A DNA stretch of 64,000 nt from an uncultured Verrucomicrobiae bacterium. Lineage in GTDB: Bacteria; Verrucomicrobiota; Verrucomicrobiia; Limisphaerales; Palsa-1400. The first letter of the stretch is position 1; each line of letters starts with the position of its first letter. The position numbers and the translations under genes were made by a program. The notes under the pieces were generated by a model. It was given only the letters and a program-made list of their open reading frames with translations. It was not told the DNA's origin and did no database searches. The DNA lies in NCBI GenBank assembly GCA_963702845.1, contig OY969763.1:4640001-4704000 (forward strand), in the 5' to 3' direction. Shown piece after piece: positions 50,504 to 60,124 of this stretch.

Positions 50504-53017
50504 TTAGCTCGCCTGCGTCGGCTCGGTCGATGTCGGCGCTTGTTGGCGGAAGACCAGCTTGTCTTTGTCGTCGCCAACCGTGATCTGAACCGGTTCGTTC
50601 GGGATCAGTTGGCCTTTGAGGATTTCCTCCGCCAACGAATCTTCCAGATACCGTTCCACCGCACGACGCATCGGGCGCGCACCGTAGTTGGGATCGTGAC
50701 CCTTCTCGACCAAAAAGTCTTTGGCCTTCGCGTCCAGCTGGATGACCATTTGCTTGCCTTTGAGGCGGTCGACAACTTTTTCGATTTCCAAATCGAGAAT
50801 CTCGATCAGGTCCGGTTTCGTCAGTGAGCGGAAGACGATGATGTCGTCCAAACGATTCAGGAATTCCGGACGGAATGCTTTCTTCGCTTCGTCCAAAATC
50901 TTCTCCTTCATCTTATCGTAACTCGCTTCATCGCTGATCGGCGAGAAGCCCATCGTTGTCGATTTGCGAATTGTTTCTGCGCCGACGTTTGAGGTCAGCA
51001 GGATGATCGTGTTACGGAAGTTGACCACGCGGCCGACATTGTCGGTCAGTTTGCCTTCTTCCAAAATCTGCAAGAGCATGTTCATCACGTCCGGATGCGC
51101 CTTTTCGATTTCGTCGAAAAGCACGACCGAATAGGGACGACGACGCACGGCTTCAGTAAGCTGGCCGCCTTCTTCGTAACCGATATAGCCAGGAGGCGAA
51201 CCGACCATGCGGGACGCATTGTGCCGTTCCATGTATTCGCTCATGTCCAATTGGATAAGCGCCTTGGGATCGCCAAACAATGTTTCCGCGAGCGTTTTCG
51301 CCAGCAAAGTCTTACCGACACCGGTCGGTCCGAGCAGCGCAAACGTGCCAATCGGGCGACGCGGATCTTTCAAGTCTGCGCGCGAACGGCGCAACGCCTT
51401 GGCGAGCGCGACCACGCCCTCTTTCTGGCCGATGATCATGCGCGACATCTCTTTTTCGAGCGCAAGCAACTTGGCGGCTTCGCCTTCTTCCATGCGCTTG
51501 AGCGGAATGCCGGTCCACTTGGAGATGACATTCAAAATGTCATCTTCATCGACGATCACGCGTGTTTCCTCGCGACTAGCGCGCCACGCGGCCAGAACAG
51601 CATCCAATTTTTCTTTGGCCTGCTTTTCTTTGTCGCGCATGGAGGCGGCGCCTTCGAAATCCTGATCTTTGATGGCGCGCTCTTTCTGGGTCTTGATGGT
51701 CTCGATGTCGGCTTCGAGGTCTTTGACTTCAGGCGGGCGGGTCATCGTGCCAATGCGGGCGCGAGAACCGGCTTCGTCCATGACATCAATCGCCTTGTCC
51801 GGCAGAAAACGATCGGTGATATAGCGATCGGACATGCGCACGGCAGCTTCGACAGCTTTGTCGGTGATCTCGGCTTTGTGATGTTCTTCGTATTTGATGC
51901 GAAGACCTTTCAAAATCTGGATCGCTTCTTCCTGCGAAGGCGCTTCGACTTTCACCGTTTGGAACCGGCGTTCGAGTGCTGCGTCCTTCTCGATGTATTT
52001 GCGATATTCGTTGAGCGTGGTGGCGCCGATGCATTGCATCTCACCGCGGCTGAGCGCCGGCTTGATGATATTCGAGGCATCCATGGTTCCTTCAGCGGAA
52101 CCGGCGCCGACAATGGTATGCAATTCGTCGATGAACAGGATGATGTTCTTGGCGCGACGAATTTCGTCCATGACGGCTTTGATGCGCTCTTCGAATTGGC
52201 CGCGATACTTCGTGCCGGCAACCATCAACGCGAGGTCGAGCGTAATCACGCGTTTGTCGCGCAAAATCTCTGGGACATTACCTTTAGAAATTTCCTGCGC
52301 GAGACCTTCCACGATGGCGGTTTTACCAACACCCGCTTCACCGAGCAGCACCGGATTGTTCTTCGTGCGCCGGCAGAGAATCTGGATGACGCGTTCGATT
52401 TCGTTCTGACGGCCGATCACCGGATCCATCTCGCCTTTACGCGCGATTTCGGTCAGGTCACGTCCGAAGGCTTTAAGTGCTGGGGTCTTAACTTCGCCTT
52501 TCTTTTCCGGAGCTTTTTCCGGAGCGGGCTCCGCCGTGCCGCCTTGTTGCTCTTCTGATGCGGCGAAGTTCGGATCGAGCTCCTTCAAAATCTCCTGGCG
52601 TGTTTGCTCAATGTCCACGTCCAGGTTTTTCAACACCCGGGCAGCAACACCGTCGCCTTCGCGAAGCAACCCCAGCAAGATGTGTTCAGTCCCCACGTAA
52701 GTGTGGTTCAAGTTCTTGGCTTCTTTGGCAGCCAGTGCGAGCACCTTCTTCACACGCGGCGTGTAAGGAATATTGCCGATCATCTTTTGATCGGGGCCGG
52801 TGCCGACCTGCTTCTCGACTTCCATGCGGACGGTTTCCAGGTCGAGACCGAGCTTTTGCAGGACGTTCACGGCGACACCCTGGCCTAATTTAATAAGGCC
52901 GAGCAACAGATGTTCGGTGCCAACAAAATTGTGGTTGAAGCGGTCTGCTTCTTTTCGAGCCAACGCCAGCACTTGTTGAGCGCGTGGCGTAAAATTGTTC
53001 ATGGCTTCTTCACTCAT
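50504..53017 (-). CDS. clpC: ATP-dependent Clp protease ATP-binding subunit ClpC
   Basis: Double Clp-N domain, two Walker A motifs ([16 protein letters not shown]), UVR-type M domain, GARPMRR. Confidence 0.96.
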   Translation of the reverse strand: MSEEAMNNFTPRAQQVLALARKEADRFNHNFVGTEHLLLGLIKLGQGVAVNVLQKLGLDLETVRMEVEKQVGTGPDQKMIGNIPYTPRVKKVLALAAKEAKNLNHTYVGTEHILLGLLREGDGVAARVLKNLDVDIEQTRQEILKELDPNFAASEEQQGGTAEPAPEKAPEKKGEVKTPALKAFGRDLTEIARKGEMDPVIGRQNEIERVIQILCRRTKNNPVLLGEAGVGKTAIVEGLAQEISKGNVPEILRDKRVITLDLALMVAGTKYRGQFEERIKAVMDEIRRAKNIILFIDELHTIVGAGSAEGTMDASNIIKPALSRGEMQCIGATTLNEYRKYIEKDAALERRFQTVKVEAPSQEEAIQILKGLRIKYEEHHKAEITDKAVEAAVRMSDRYITDRFLPDKAIDVMDEAGSRARIGTMTRPPEVKDLEADIETIKTQKERAIKDQDFEGAASMRDKEKQAKEKLDAVLAAWRASREETRVIVDEDDILNVISKWTGIPLKRMEEGEAAKLLALEKEMSRMIIGQKEGVVALAKALRRSRADLKDPRRPIGTFALLGPTGVGKTLLAKTLAETLFGDPKALIQLDMSEYMERHNASRMVGSPPGYIGYEEGGQLTEAVRRRPYSVVLFDEIEKAHPDVMNMLLQILEEGKLTDNVGRVVNFRNTIILLTSNVGAETIRKSTTMGFSPISDEASYDKMKEKILDEAKKAFRPEFLNRLDDIIVFRSLTKPDLIEILDLEIEKVVDRLKGKQMVIQLDAKAKDFLVEKGHDPNYGARPMRRAVERYLEDSLAEEILKGQLIPNEPVQITVGDDKDKLVFRQQAPTSTEPTQAS

Positions 53018-53120
53018 AATACAAACTTAATCTGCTAGTTTCTCTTGTCCAGCCAGTCAGTCAAAACCGTAAGCCGATTGGGTTTCCAACCTACGATACA
53101 GCAGAGTTCCACTCTGCGTA

Positions 53121-54227
53121 TTAATTCTGTTTATGCGCCGCACCGGTCCCGCCCGACTGTTTCGGGTTCGGCCGGCTCACCACCCGCAAGCGCTCGCGCA
53201 ACATATCCGCGCGCAGCAAATCCCGTTCTTCTGCGGCCAGCTTTTCCGTAAATTGCTTCTGCAAATGCGCGGGCTGCGTAATTATAAACAGCTCGTCAAT
53301 CAGGGCGCGACTTGCGCTCGGAAATTCATCCAGGTCAACCCCGAGCTTCATCAACGATAGCAAATTCATCGTTTCTTTCGATGAGATGCTGTGAGCGTTC
53401 GCCAAAATTCCGTAAGCACGACCGATATGATTGAAAACCATCTTCGGCTTTTTCTCGAGTAGCGTGGCGCGCGCGTTTTCCTCGTGCTCGATGATTTGGA
53501 GAAGAACCTTGTTCAATCGTTCGACAATGTCCGTCTCCTGCTCGCCTAAAGTCATCTGGTTCGAAACCTGAAAGACGTTCCCGAGCGCTTCAGTACCCTC
53601 ACCGTAAAGTCCTCGGACCGCAAGGCCCAGCTTGTTAACGGACTGGATGATCTGATTGATTTGCTCCGCCAGAACGAGACCCGGCAGGTGCAACATCGCG
53701 CTGACGCGAATACCAGTACCTATATTAGTAGGGCACGCCGTCAGGTAACCGAGATCATTGCTGAAAGCGTAATCCAGTTTCTTCTCCAATTCCGAGTCCA
53801 TCTGGTCGATGGCCATCCAGGCTTGCTTCAGTTGCAACCCCGGCCGCAACGCCTGCATGCGCAAATGATCTTCTTCGTTGATCATCACACACAGCGATTC
53901 TTCTTTGTTCAGCACCAAACCACTGCCGGCGTTCTTGGCCGCATGCTCGCGGCTGATGAGATGGCGCTCCACCAAAATCTGCTTATCGAGCGGCCCCAGA
54001 TTTTCCATCGTCTCGGAAAACGCACCACTAAGCTGCGGCAACGTTTCCACGGCAGGACGAATAACTTCCAATGATTTTACGCGCTCGTTCTTTTTCGCCC
54101 AACCGGGGAAGGCCAGCCCATTAACATTGCGCGCCAGGCGAACGCGCGACGACATGACGATGCGGTCGTGCGGACCGGACCGTCTGGCACTCTCGGCTGG
54201 TGGACTGAGAAATTCGTGAATAGTCAT
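53121..54227 (-). CDS. mcsB: Protein arginine kinase McsB
   Basis: SSRVRLARN, INEEDHLR, LTACPTNIGTG, MLHLPGL. Confidence 0.95.
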   Translation of the reverse strand: MTIHEFLSPPAESARRSGPHDRIVMSSRVRLARNVNGLAFPGWAKKNERVKSLEVIRPAVETLPQLSGAFSETMENLGPLDKQILVERHLISREHAAKNAGSGLVLNKEESLCVMINEEDHLRMQALRPGLQLKQAWMAIDQMDSELEKKLDYAFSNDLGYLTACPTNIGTGIRVSAMLHLPGLVLAEQINQIIQSVNKLGLAVRGLYGEGTEALGNVFQVSNQMTLGEQETDIVERLNKVLLQIIEHEENARATLLEKKPKMVFNHIGRAYGILANAHSISSKETMNLLSLMKLGVDLDEFPSASRALIDELFIITQPAHLQKQFTEKLAAEERDLLRADMLRERLRVVSRPNPKQSGGTGAAHKQN

Positions 54228-54232
54228 GATTC

Positions 54233-54301
54233 GATTGCGAATTTCGGATTGCGAATTGCGAATTCAAAACAATTCGAAATCCGCAATTTGCGATCCGCAA
54301 T
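54233..54301. repeat. 7-mer-based inverted repeat (GATTGCG / CCGCAAT family) between mcsA and mcsB
   Basis: 'gattgcgaatttcggattgcgaattgcgaatt' versus 'aattcgaaatccgcaatttgcgatccgcaat'. Confidence 0.75.
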
Positions 54302-54303
54302 AG

Positions 54304-54813
54304 TTACGTCGTTGCCATTTGCCCCAACTGCTCTTTCGTCGATTTAATCTCGTCGCGCAGATTGGCGGCTTGCTCGAAATCTTCAGACACAACAGCCTTT
54401 TCGAGCTTCTTTTGCAAAAATTTGAGGCGCTCGGTCAAATCGCGCGTCTGCTTTAAAGCATGCGGGACCTTGCCAAGATGCTTGGTCCCCTTGTGCATCG
54501 ATTTGAGCAAACCTTCCAGCCCTTCTGCAAATGTATCGTAGCACTTGGCGCAGCCCAAGCGGCCGGCTTTTTTGAAATCTGCCTGGGTAAAGCCGCAGGC
54601 GGTGCACTTTATCTCTTCGCCGCCGCTGGATTTCTCCATTTCCGACGAAGCGCCTAATCCTAGGAGCAAATCAGCGAGGGAAAATCCGGCCGGATCGTTA
54701 ACACCCTTGCTCTTCGCGCATTCTTCGCACAGATCGACCTTCTGCATCTTGTCCCCAACAATCTGGGTCAGATGCACTTTGGCGTCGTTCTGTTTGCAAA
54801 TCATGCACAGCAT
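54304..54813 (-). CDS. mcsA: McsA (Zn-finger / UVR-domain activator of McsB)
   Basis: Four CxxC motifs, GRLGCAKCY, EDFEQAANLRDEI. Confidence 0.94.
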   Translation of the reverse strand: MLCMICKQNDAKVHLTQIVGDKMQKVDLCEECAKSKGVNDPAGFSLADLLLGLGASSEMEKSSGGEEIKCTACGFTQADFKKAGRLGCAKCYDTFAEGLEGLLKSMHKGTKHLGKVPHALKQTRDLTERLKFLQKKLEKAVVSEDFEQAANLRDEIKSTKEQLGQMATT

Positions 54814-54817
54814 AAGC

Positions 54818-55690
54818 TTATGGGTATATCGGTTCTCCGGTCTCGTTCGTCAAGGAGCGGTACTGCTCGATCAGGTTGATGGTCACTGGGCCCGGCTTAC
54901 CGGATTTGATGACGCGCCCATCAATCTTTACCACGGGAACGATTTCAGCGCCAGTGCCGGTGATGAAACACTCGTCGGAATTAAACAAATCGTAGCGTGT
55001 CAGATTGGGTTCGCTCACTTCCATTTCATTATCGCGCGCCAAATCCATGACGGTGCCACGGGTGATACCGTAAAGGGCACCGGCCGATAGCGGCGGAGTC
55101 ATGAGTTGGTTACCTTTCACGATAAAAATGTTATCGGCAGTGCACTCAGCAACGTATCCCTCTGAATTTAACATGATCGCTTCTTCGACTCCACCGTTGA
55201 TGGCTTCGATTTTGGCCAGGACGTTGTTGAGGTAATTCAGGGATTTGATGGCCGGATTCAACGCGCTGTGCAGGTTGCGGACGGTCGGGACGGTGATGAT
55301 GTCCAGGCCCTTTTTATATAGCGCTGGTGGGTAAAGCTGGATTTTGTCAGCGATGATGATGACCGATGGCTTGGCGCATCGGAACGGGCTCAGGCCCAGT
55401 GAGCCGACGCCGCGGGAGACGACGAGGCGGATGTAGCCGTCGCGAATCTTGTTTTTGCGGCACGCATCGACGGTCGCATCCATGAACTGCTTATGCGTCA
55501 TTGGCAGTTTTAGCATGATCGCCTGGGCAGAATAGAAGAGGCGATCGATGTGCTCAGAGAGTTTAAAAACTCGTCCGTTGTAGGCCCGAATTCCTTCGAA
55601 CACACCATCACCGTACAGAAATCCATGGTCGAACACTGACACCTTCGCGTCGCGTTCCGCAAAATACTTGCCGTCGATAAAAATTTTCAT
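54818..55690 (-). CDS. ilvE: Branched-chain amino acid aminotransferase
   Basis: DHGFLYGDGVFEGIRAY, IKSLNYL, GITR, TGTGAE; true start taken as MKIFIDG. Confidence 0.93.
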   Translation of the reverse strand: MKIFIDGKYFAERDAKVSVFDHGFLYGDGVFEGIRAYNGRVFKLSEHIDRLFYSAQAIMLKLPMTHKQFMDATVDACRKNKIRDGYIRLVVSRGVGSLGLSPFRCAKPSVIIIADKIQLYPPALYKKGLDIITVPTVRNLHSALNPAIKSLNYLNNVLAKIEAINGGVEEAIMLNSEGYVAECTADNIFIVKGNQLMTPPLSAGALYGITRGTVMDLARDNEMEVSEPNLTRYDLFNSDECFITGTGAEIVPVVKIDGRVIKSGKPGPVTINLIEQYRSLTNETGEPIYP

Positions 55691-55840
55691 GTGACTAGCC
55701 GAATGGAGTTTAACGCAGCCATTCGTGCGTGCAATGAGAATTGGGATTTGCGCGCGAAATTTACTTAGGCAGCCAGGTTCGTCAATCGCCTCGATCCCAT
55801 GGTCGCAATCGTCACGTCCGTGTTCGTGTGGTTTCTTATT

Positions 55841-55866
55841 GGTAGGGATGCGTTCCACCGCGTCCC
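55841..55866 (+). repeat. GTAG-type REP
   Basis: GGTAGGGATGCG-TTCCAC-CGCGTCCC. Confidence 0.55.
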
Positions 55867-56176
55867 AACTTGTCGTTAGGAAACGACAAACAAAAAGCGC
55901 GCGACGTCTCACTGCTGAGCACGTGGCACGATGACACCTCAAGCACGTGGCCAGCAACAACAACGCAAGGGCGCCAAGCCGAAGATCGCCATCGCCTGCC
56001 AACTCATTCGCAAATCCATGCGCATCGCGCGTGTCGAGGCGATTAAGGATTACAAATCGTTCAATCGCGCAAACATTCCCCAACGCAACGCCTAGCACTT
56101 GAAAGTTGGATTACGCGCGCGGCGCCTACTCAGCGCCGCGCGCAAAAGCAAATTCCTATCAGTAATCTCTGTCGCA

Positions 56177-57571
56177 TCAATTGACATTCTTTTGCTTGAG
56201 GCGGAGTTCCATTATCTTCTGCCGATTGCCCTCGGTCACGGGCGCGTGTTCGATGAGTTTCTTCTCGCCGGACTTGGGGTCGGCCAATTCGAGGCTGACA
56301 GCGCGATCGGCGGTCACGGGGTGCTTCATGTCGTTGAGCACGATGACGATGTCCTCGGCGATGCGTTTCTGCCAACGGTCTTTGTATTCATTTTTGCAGA
56401 AGCTGACTAAATCGTCCGTGCTGGCGGTGTTAATGGCCAAGAGTTGGTATTCGGCATTTTCATACGTGACGAAAACGTTGTCGCCGTCAAACCGTACGGC
56501 GGTGAACGGGGAGATTTGGAGGGAAGGTCGGCCTAATGGATTTGGGTTCGATTCGCGGAGTTGGTTTTGTTTGGCGCGAATTACGTTTTGTGTGGCGCGA
56601 AGGTCGTCTTGTGCAGCGCGGAGTTTGTCGTGCTGACTGCGCAGGGTATTGAGGCGATCCTCTAACTTTTGGCGTTGCTCGGGCGAAAGGCCCGGTTGCT
56701 GTTCCTGGACGCGGATTTGTTCTTCTTCAGACCGGATTTGTCGTTCTTCAGCCCGGACTTGTTGTTCCTGGGTGCGGATTTGTTGTTGCTGTTCGGCCAG
56801 CGTCAGCATTGTAGCGCCGACCAATAGTGAGCCTGCGCCGAAAGCGAGCATCGTTTTCGTTTTGATCCATGTCATAAGTTTTAACGTTCCTTTCACAAGG
56901 GTGGGTAGAGAAGCCGCAGTCGCCGCCCCTTTCACGACGGGGGCGGTAATGGAGCCGGCCAAGCCGATGGGAGCGGCATGTACCGAATGGGCAGAAATGG
57001 CGCCGGCAATCAACGCCGCGCTCGAAACTACGCCGCGGCGTGAGAAGTATTTCCGCAGTTTGTCGAGGGCGCGATTGACGCGCATTCTGGCGGAGTCCTC
57101 GCTACCGCCCAGGACTTTGCTGACATCGGCGAGATTTCGATCTTCAAAGTAGCGCAACAAAATGGCCTGGCGATCCTTCTCGCCAAGGTGTGCCAGCGCC
57201 TCATCGAGTCGCGGAGCAATTTGTTCCCAAAGTGGACTTGAGGCATTGGATTGAATCTCATTTTGCATCGAAGCCTCCTGCTCGTGATGACGTCGGCGCG
57301 CGGCGTCCCGCACCTGCGCCATCGCGGCGTATCGGGTGGTTTGAAAAAGCCAGCCGGCGAGAACGGGCCGGCCACTTAACTCCGCGGCCTTTTTGGCCAA
57401 AATGATGAAGACAGCCTGCGTCACCTCCTCGGCCAGATGAGGATTGCCCACTTGACGCAACGCTGCCGAGTAAACAAACCGCACGTGACGCGAAACGAGC
57501 GTTGCAAACGCGTCTTCGGACTTTTGCACCGCGTATTCGCGCAAGAGCGCGCTGTCGTCGGATGTTGACAT
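56177..57571 (-). CDS. ECF sigma-70 factor with long C-terminal extension (hydrophobic segment, coiled coil, small domain)
   Basis: Region 2 'LAEEVTQAVFIILA…LAGWL', region 4 'DRQAILLRYFE…RVNRALDKLR', then an Ala-rich linker and Q/E/R heptads. Confidence 0.9.
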   Translation of the reverse strand: MSTSDDSALLREYAVQKSEDAFATLVSRHVRFVYSAALRQVGNPHLAEEVTQAVFIILAKKAAELSGRPVLAGWLFQTTRYAAMAQVRDAARRRHHEQEASMQNEIQSNASSPLWEQIAPRLDEALAHLGEKDRQAILLRYFEDRNLADVSKVLGGSEDSARMRVNRALDKLRKYFSRRGVVSSAALIAGAISAHSVHAAPIGLAGSITAPVVKGAATAASLPTLVKGTLKLMTWIKTKTMLAFGAGSLLVGATMLTLAEQQQQIRTQEQQVRAEERQIRSEEEQIRVQEQQPGLSPEQRQKLEDRLNTLRSQHDKLRAAQDDLRATQNVIRAKQNQLRESNPNPLGRPSLQISPFTAVRFDGDNVFVTYENAEYQLLAINTASTDDLVSFCKNEYKDRWQKRIAEDIVIVLNDMKHPVTADRAVSLELADPKSGEKKLIEHAPVTEGNRQKIMELRLKQKNVN

Positions 57572-57690
57572 TTCATCTATTAGTTACCTGCCAGAGAGCA
57601 AAGCGAACAATTTTTTGCGGTTAGTTTTTGTATGGCTCGCATGGGAATAAATGCTTTGCAAGGCCTCTCGGAGGAGAACGATCCGACCTC

Positions 57691-57845
57691 ATTGACCGCG
57701 GCGAATTCGGCCGAATCTGGTCATCTACCTTTTGCGTGAAATCGGGAATTGCGGCTTAATGGCAGCGTAGCGAGTGGCAATAGTTGGGACTTGACCCCGT
57801 CCTCGCGCGGTCGGGACAGGCTCCAGCCGAGCCATCGCGGTTTGT
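57691..57845 (+). ncRNA. ssrS: Candidate 6S RNA
   Basis: Terminal stem GACCGCGG/TCGCGGTT, TTCGGC/GCCGAG and TCTG/CAGG; 3' central hairpin CTTGACC…GGTCGGG followed by ACAG and …GCCATCGCGG, paralleling E. coli 6S (CUUGAACC…GGUUCAAG…ACAG…GGCAUCUCGG). G-U pairs favour the + strand. Confidence 0.6.
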
Positions 57846-57950
57846 TTCTATCGCCTATGCCATCGGCAGCGTCTTGTGGGAATCGTCTAAGTTTCGATAA
57901 AGACTAGTTACACCGACTCGGGATGTTTGTTTCCGGTGCGCCGCGACAAC

Positions 57951-57975
57951 CCGCAGGCGAGGACGCCTGCGCTAC
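57951..57975 (-). repeat. GTAG-type REP that supplies the stop codon of the binding-protein gene
   Basis: Minus strand GTAGCGCAGGCG-TCCT-CGCCTGCGG; its TAG is the stop at 57972-57974. Confidence 0.6.
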
Positions 57976-58919
57976 TTCGGGAGCCATTTGTTCCAGTTTT
58001 TGGCGAATTCGTCCAAGTTCGTTTTGGTGACTGGCACCAGCGGGCTGACGTCCTTCACAGTGGCCGGATCTTTGTGGAGGTGGATTTTGTTGATGAGGTG
58101 TTCGACGCTGCGGTAGCCCCATTCATAGCACTGTTGCGCCAGTAACAATTGCACGTGACCGCTCCGTAAATAGGCCAGTTCAGCCGGAAGGGCATCCACG
58201 GATACACATTTGATCGTGCCCGGTTCCCATTTCAACGCGTGATCGGTAAACAGCGGCCAACCGCCAATCATCGCCCAACCGGCGATTTCAGGATTCGATT
58301 GCATGACCTGCTCAACCTTGGCAGCGGCGTCCTGCGGAGTTTCTTTGTGGTAGTAAGTCGCTTTGATGGTGATGCCGGGATAGTTCTTGGCCGCTTTACG
58401 GACGCCGGCAACACGCTTTTGCAGGTTGGGCGCGGTCTGGTTTCCAGCGAGGATCGCCACAACACCTTTGCCGTCCATCAGCTTCGCCAATTCCTCCATC
58501 ACCTGCTCGCCGCATTTTTCGTCGTCGACCCCGAACGTCACAAAACGTTTGCTGGCCGGCGCATCTGAATCAAACGTCGCGACCGGCACTCCGTTGTTCA
58601 CGGCGTTATTGATGGCGTCGGTCAGCTTGTTGGCATCCGAGCAACTGACCGCGATGCCGTTGGCACCCGCGAGAACGAGTTGCTCAATCGCATCCGCCTG
58701 TTTCTGCGCGTCTTCTTCGTTCGGCGTGCGCCAATCGACTCTGATGTTGATGTTGTATTTCTTGCTGAGGTCTCGCGCCGCCTGTTCCGCGCCAACGCGG
58801 GCGGCCTGGAACACCGGGTTGCCCTGGGATTTTGCGACGAGTCCAATCGTATAGGATTTGTCGGCAGCAACAGCGCTCAAAGCCACGCCGAGCAGCGCGG
58901 AGACGAATAAAGCTTTCAT
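57972..58919 (-). CDS. Periplasmic sugar-binding protein (RbsB-like, class I)
   Basis: Signal peptide; 'NPVFQAARVGAE', 'GVPVATFDSD', 'NLQKRVAG'; no adjacent transporter genes. Confidence 0.88.
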   Translation of the reverse strand: MKALFVSALLGVALSAVAADKSYTIGLVAKSQGNPVFQAARVGAEQAARDLSKKYNINIRVDWRTPNEEDAQKQADAIEQLVLAGANGIAVSCSDANKLTDAINNAVNNGVPVATFDSDAPASKRFVTFGVDDEKCGEQVMEELAKLMDGKGVVAILAGNQTAPNLQKRVAGVRKAAKNYPGITIKATYYHKETPQDAAAKVEQVMQSNPEIAGWAMIGGWPLFTDHALKWEPGTIKCVSVDALPAELAYLRSGHVQLLLAQQCYEWGYRSVEHLINKIHLHKDPATVKDVSPLVPVTKTNLDEFAKNWNKWLPK

Positions 58920-58990
58920 CACGTATGACTAACAACGGAATTGGTGTTGTGGAAGCGTGAAATGTTTGGACCGTGACCGCTGCTCAAGTT

Positions 58991-59016
58991 GCTGCGGACG
59001 TGGACGTCCGCACTCC
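58991..59016 (-). repeat. GGAG-type REP-like palindrome
   Basis: Minus strand GGAGTGCGGACG-TCCA-CGTCCGCAGC. Confidence 0.55.
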
Positions 59017-59160
59017 GGAAGTGTGCCGACAAACGCACACGACGGATTTTGAACTGATTTCAATGAGGAACTGTCCCATCCGACGACCAATAAACAGGCA
59101 TTAGCCGTTGCTTTTGAAGTTCGGATTCGTAACCTGATAGTCGCCAAGAGCGGTTTCTGA

Positions 59161-60123
59161 ATGCGCCAATTTATCACCATAGCCATCAATGCGTTTATGG
59201 AGCTGGTTCGACAACCAGTTTTCCTGCTTTTGATGACTGTCTCCTCGACGTTCGAGGTGTTTCTGGCGTGCGTGAATTACTTCGGCTTCGGCGATGAACC
59301 GAAACTGATCAAAATCACCGCTCTCGCAGTCATGCTTTTGGCCGGGTTGTTCGGTGCAGTTCTAAGCGCCTCCGCTTCCGTCGCACGGGAAATTCGAAGC
59401 GGCACCGCCCTGGCCGTCTTGTCCAAACCAGTCGGTCGCGCCCGATTTCTCCTCGCCAAATACGTCGGACTCGCCGCCGCCCTGACCGTTCTGGTTTACG
59501 TGAACTGCATCGCCTGCCTACTGGCAACACGTATGTCGTTTGATGCTTACGGCGACATTGATTGGCCGGGGCTGTTCGTTTTCCTTGGGGCGGTCGTCGT
59601 CGCCTATGGCATTGGCGGGTTCAGCAATTATTTTTTGCGCCGGCCATTCGTGGCAGATGCCGTTTTTGCGGTGGCCATCATGGTCACGCTGGGCTTTGCG
59701 ATTCTTCACTTCATCCCGCGCGACGCCGCGCGCATGGGCGACAATTACACTGGCATCGATTGGCGCGTAATCCCCGCCTCCGGATTAATTCTGCTCGCGC
59801 TATTAATATTAGCGGCATTGGCGCTGGCTTGCTCGACGCGTTTTGAAGTTATTCCGACGTTGGCCATCTGTTCGGCCCTGTTCCTGCTAGGACTGGTATC
59901 GGATTATTTTTGGGGCACACGGGCCAGCGCAGGCTCGTGGTGGGCATCGGCGCTCTACAGCATCACGCCCAACTGGCAGTTGTTCTGGATGGCGGATGCC
60001 CTAGAACAAGGCAAAGCCATCCCATTAGAATACATCGGCAAAGCTCTTGGCTACGCCGCGGCTTACATCGGCGCGGTTTTATGTGTGGCGCTGGTGATGT
60101 TTGAAGATCGTGAACTGAACTAA
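59161..60123 (+). CDS. ABC-2-type transporter permease-like protein
   Basis: IAINAFMELVR, 'REIRSGTALAVLSKPVGRARFLLAKY', terminal FEDREL. Confidence 0.85.
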   Translation: MRQFITIAINAFMELVRQPVFLLLMTVSSTFEVFLACVNYFGFGDEPKLIKITALAVMLLAGLFGAVLSASASVAREIRSGTALAVLSKPVGRARFLLAKYVGLAAALTVLVYVNCIACLLATRMSFDAYGDIDWPGLFVFLGAVVVAYGIGGFSNYFLRRPFVADAVFAVAIMVTLGFAILHFIPRDAARMGDNYTGIDWRVIPASGLILLALLILAALALACSTRFEVIPTLAICSALFLLGLVSDYFWGTRASAGSWWASALYSITPNWQLFWMADALEQGKAIPLEYIGKALGYAAAYIGAVLCVALVMFEDRELN

Positions 60124-60124
60124 A

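Noticed and set aside
51095..52558. 487-aa + strand ORF
   Set aside because: Antisense shadow of the highly conserved clpC.
55691..56098. 136-aa N-terminal extension on IlvE
   Set aside because: Not protein-like, contains a REP, and the family alignment begins at MKIFIDG.
56114..56143. Terminator for the ECF sigma gene
   Set aside because: Strong GC hairpin, but on the minus strand the T-run precedes rather than follows the stem; more likely a REP-like palindrome.
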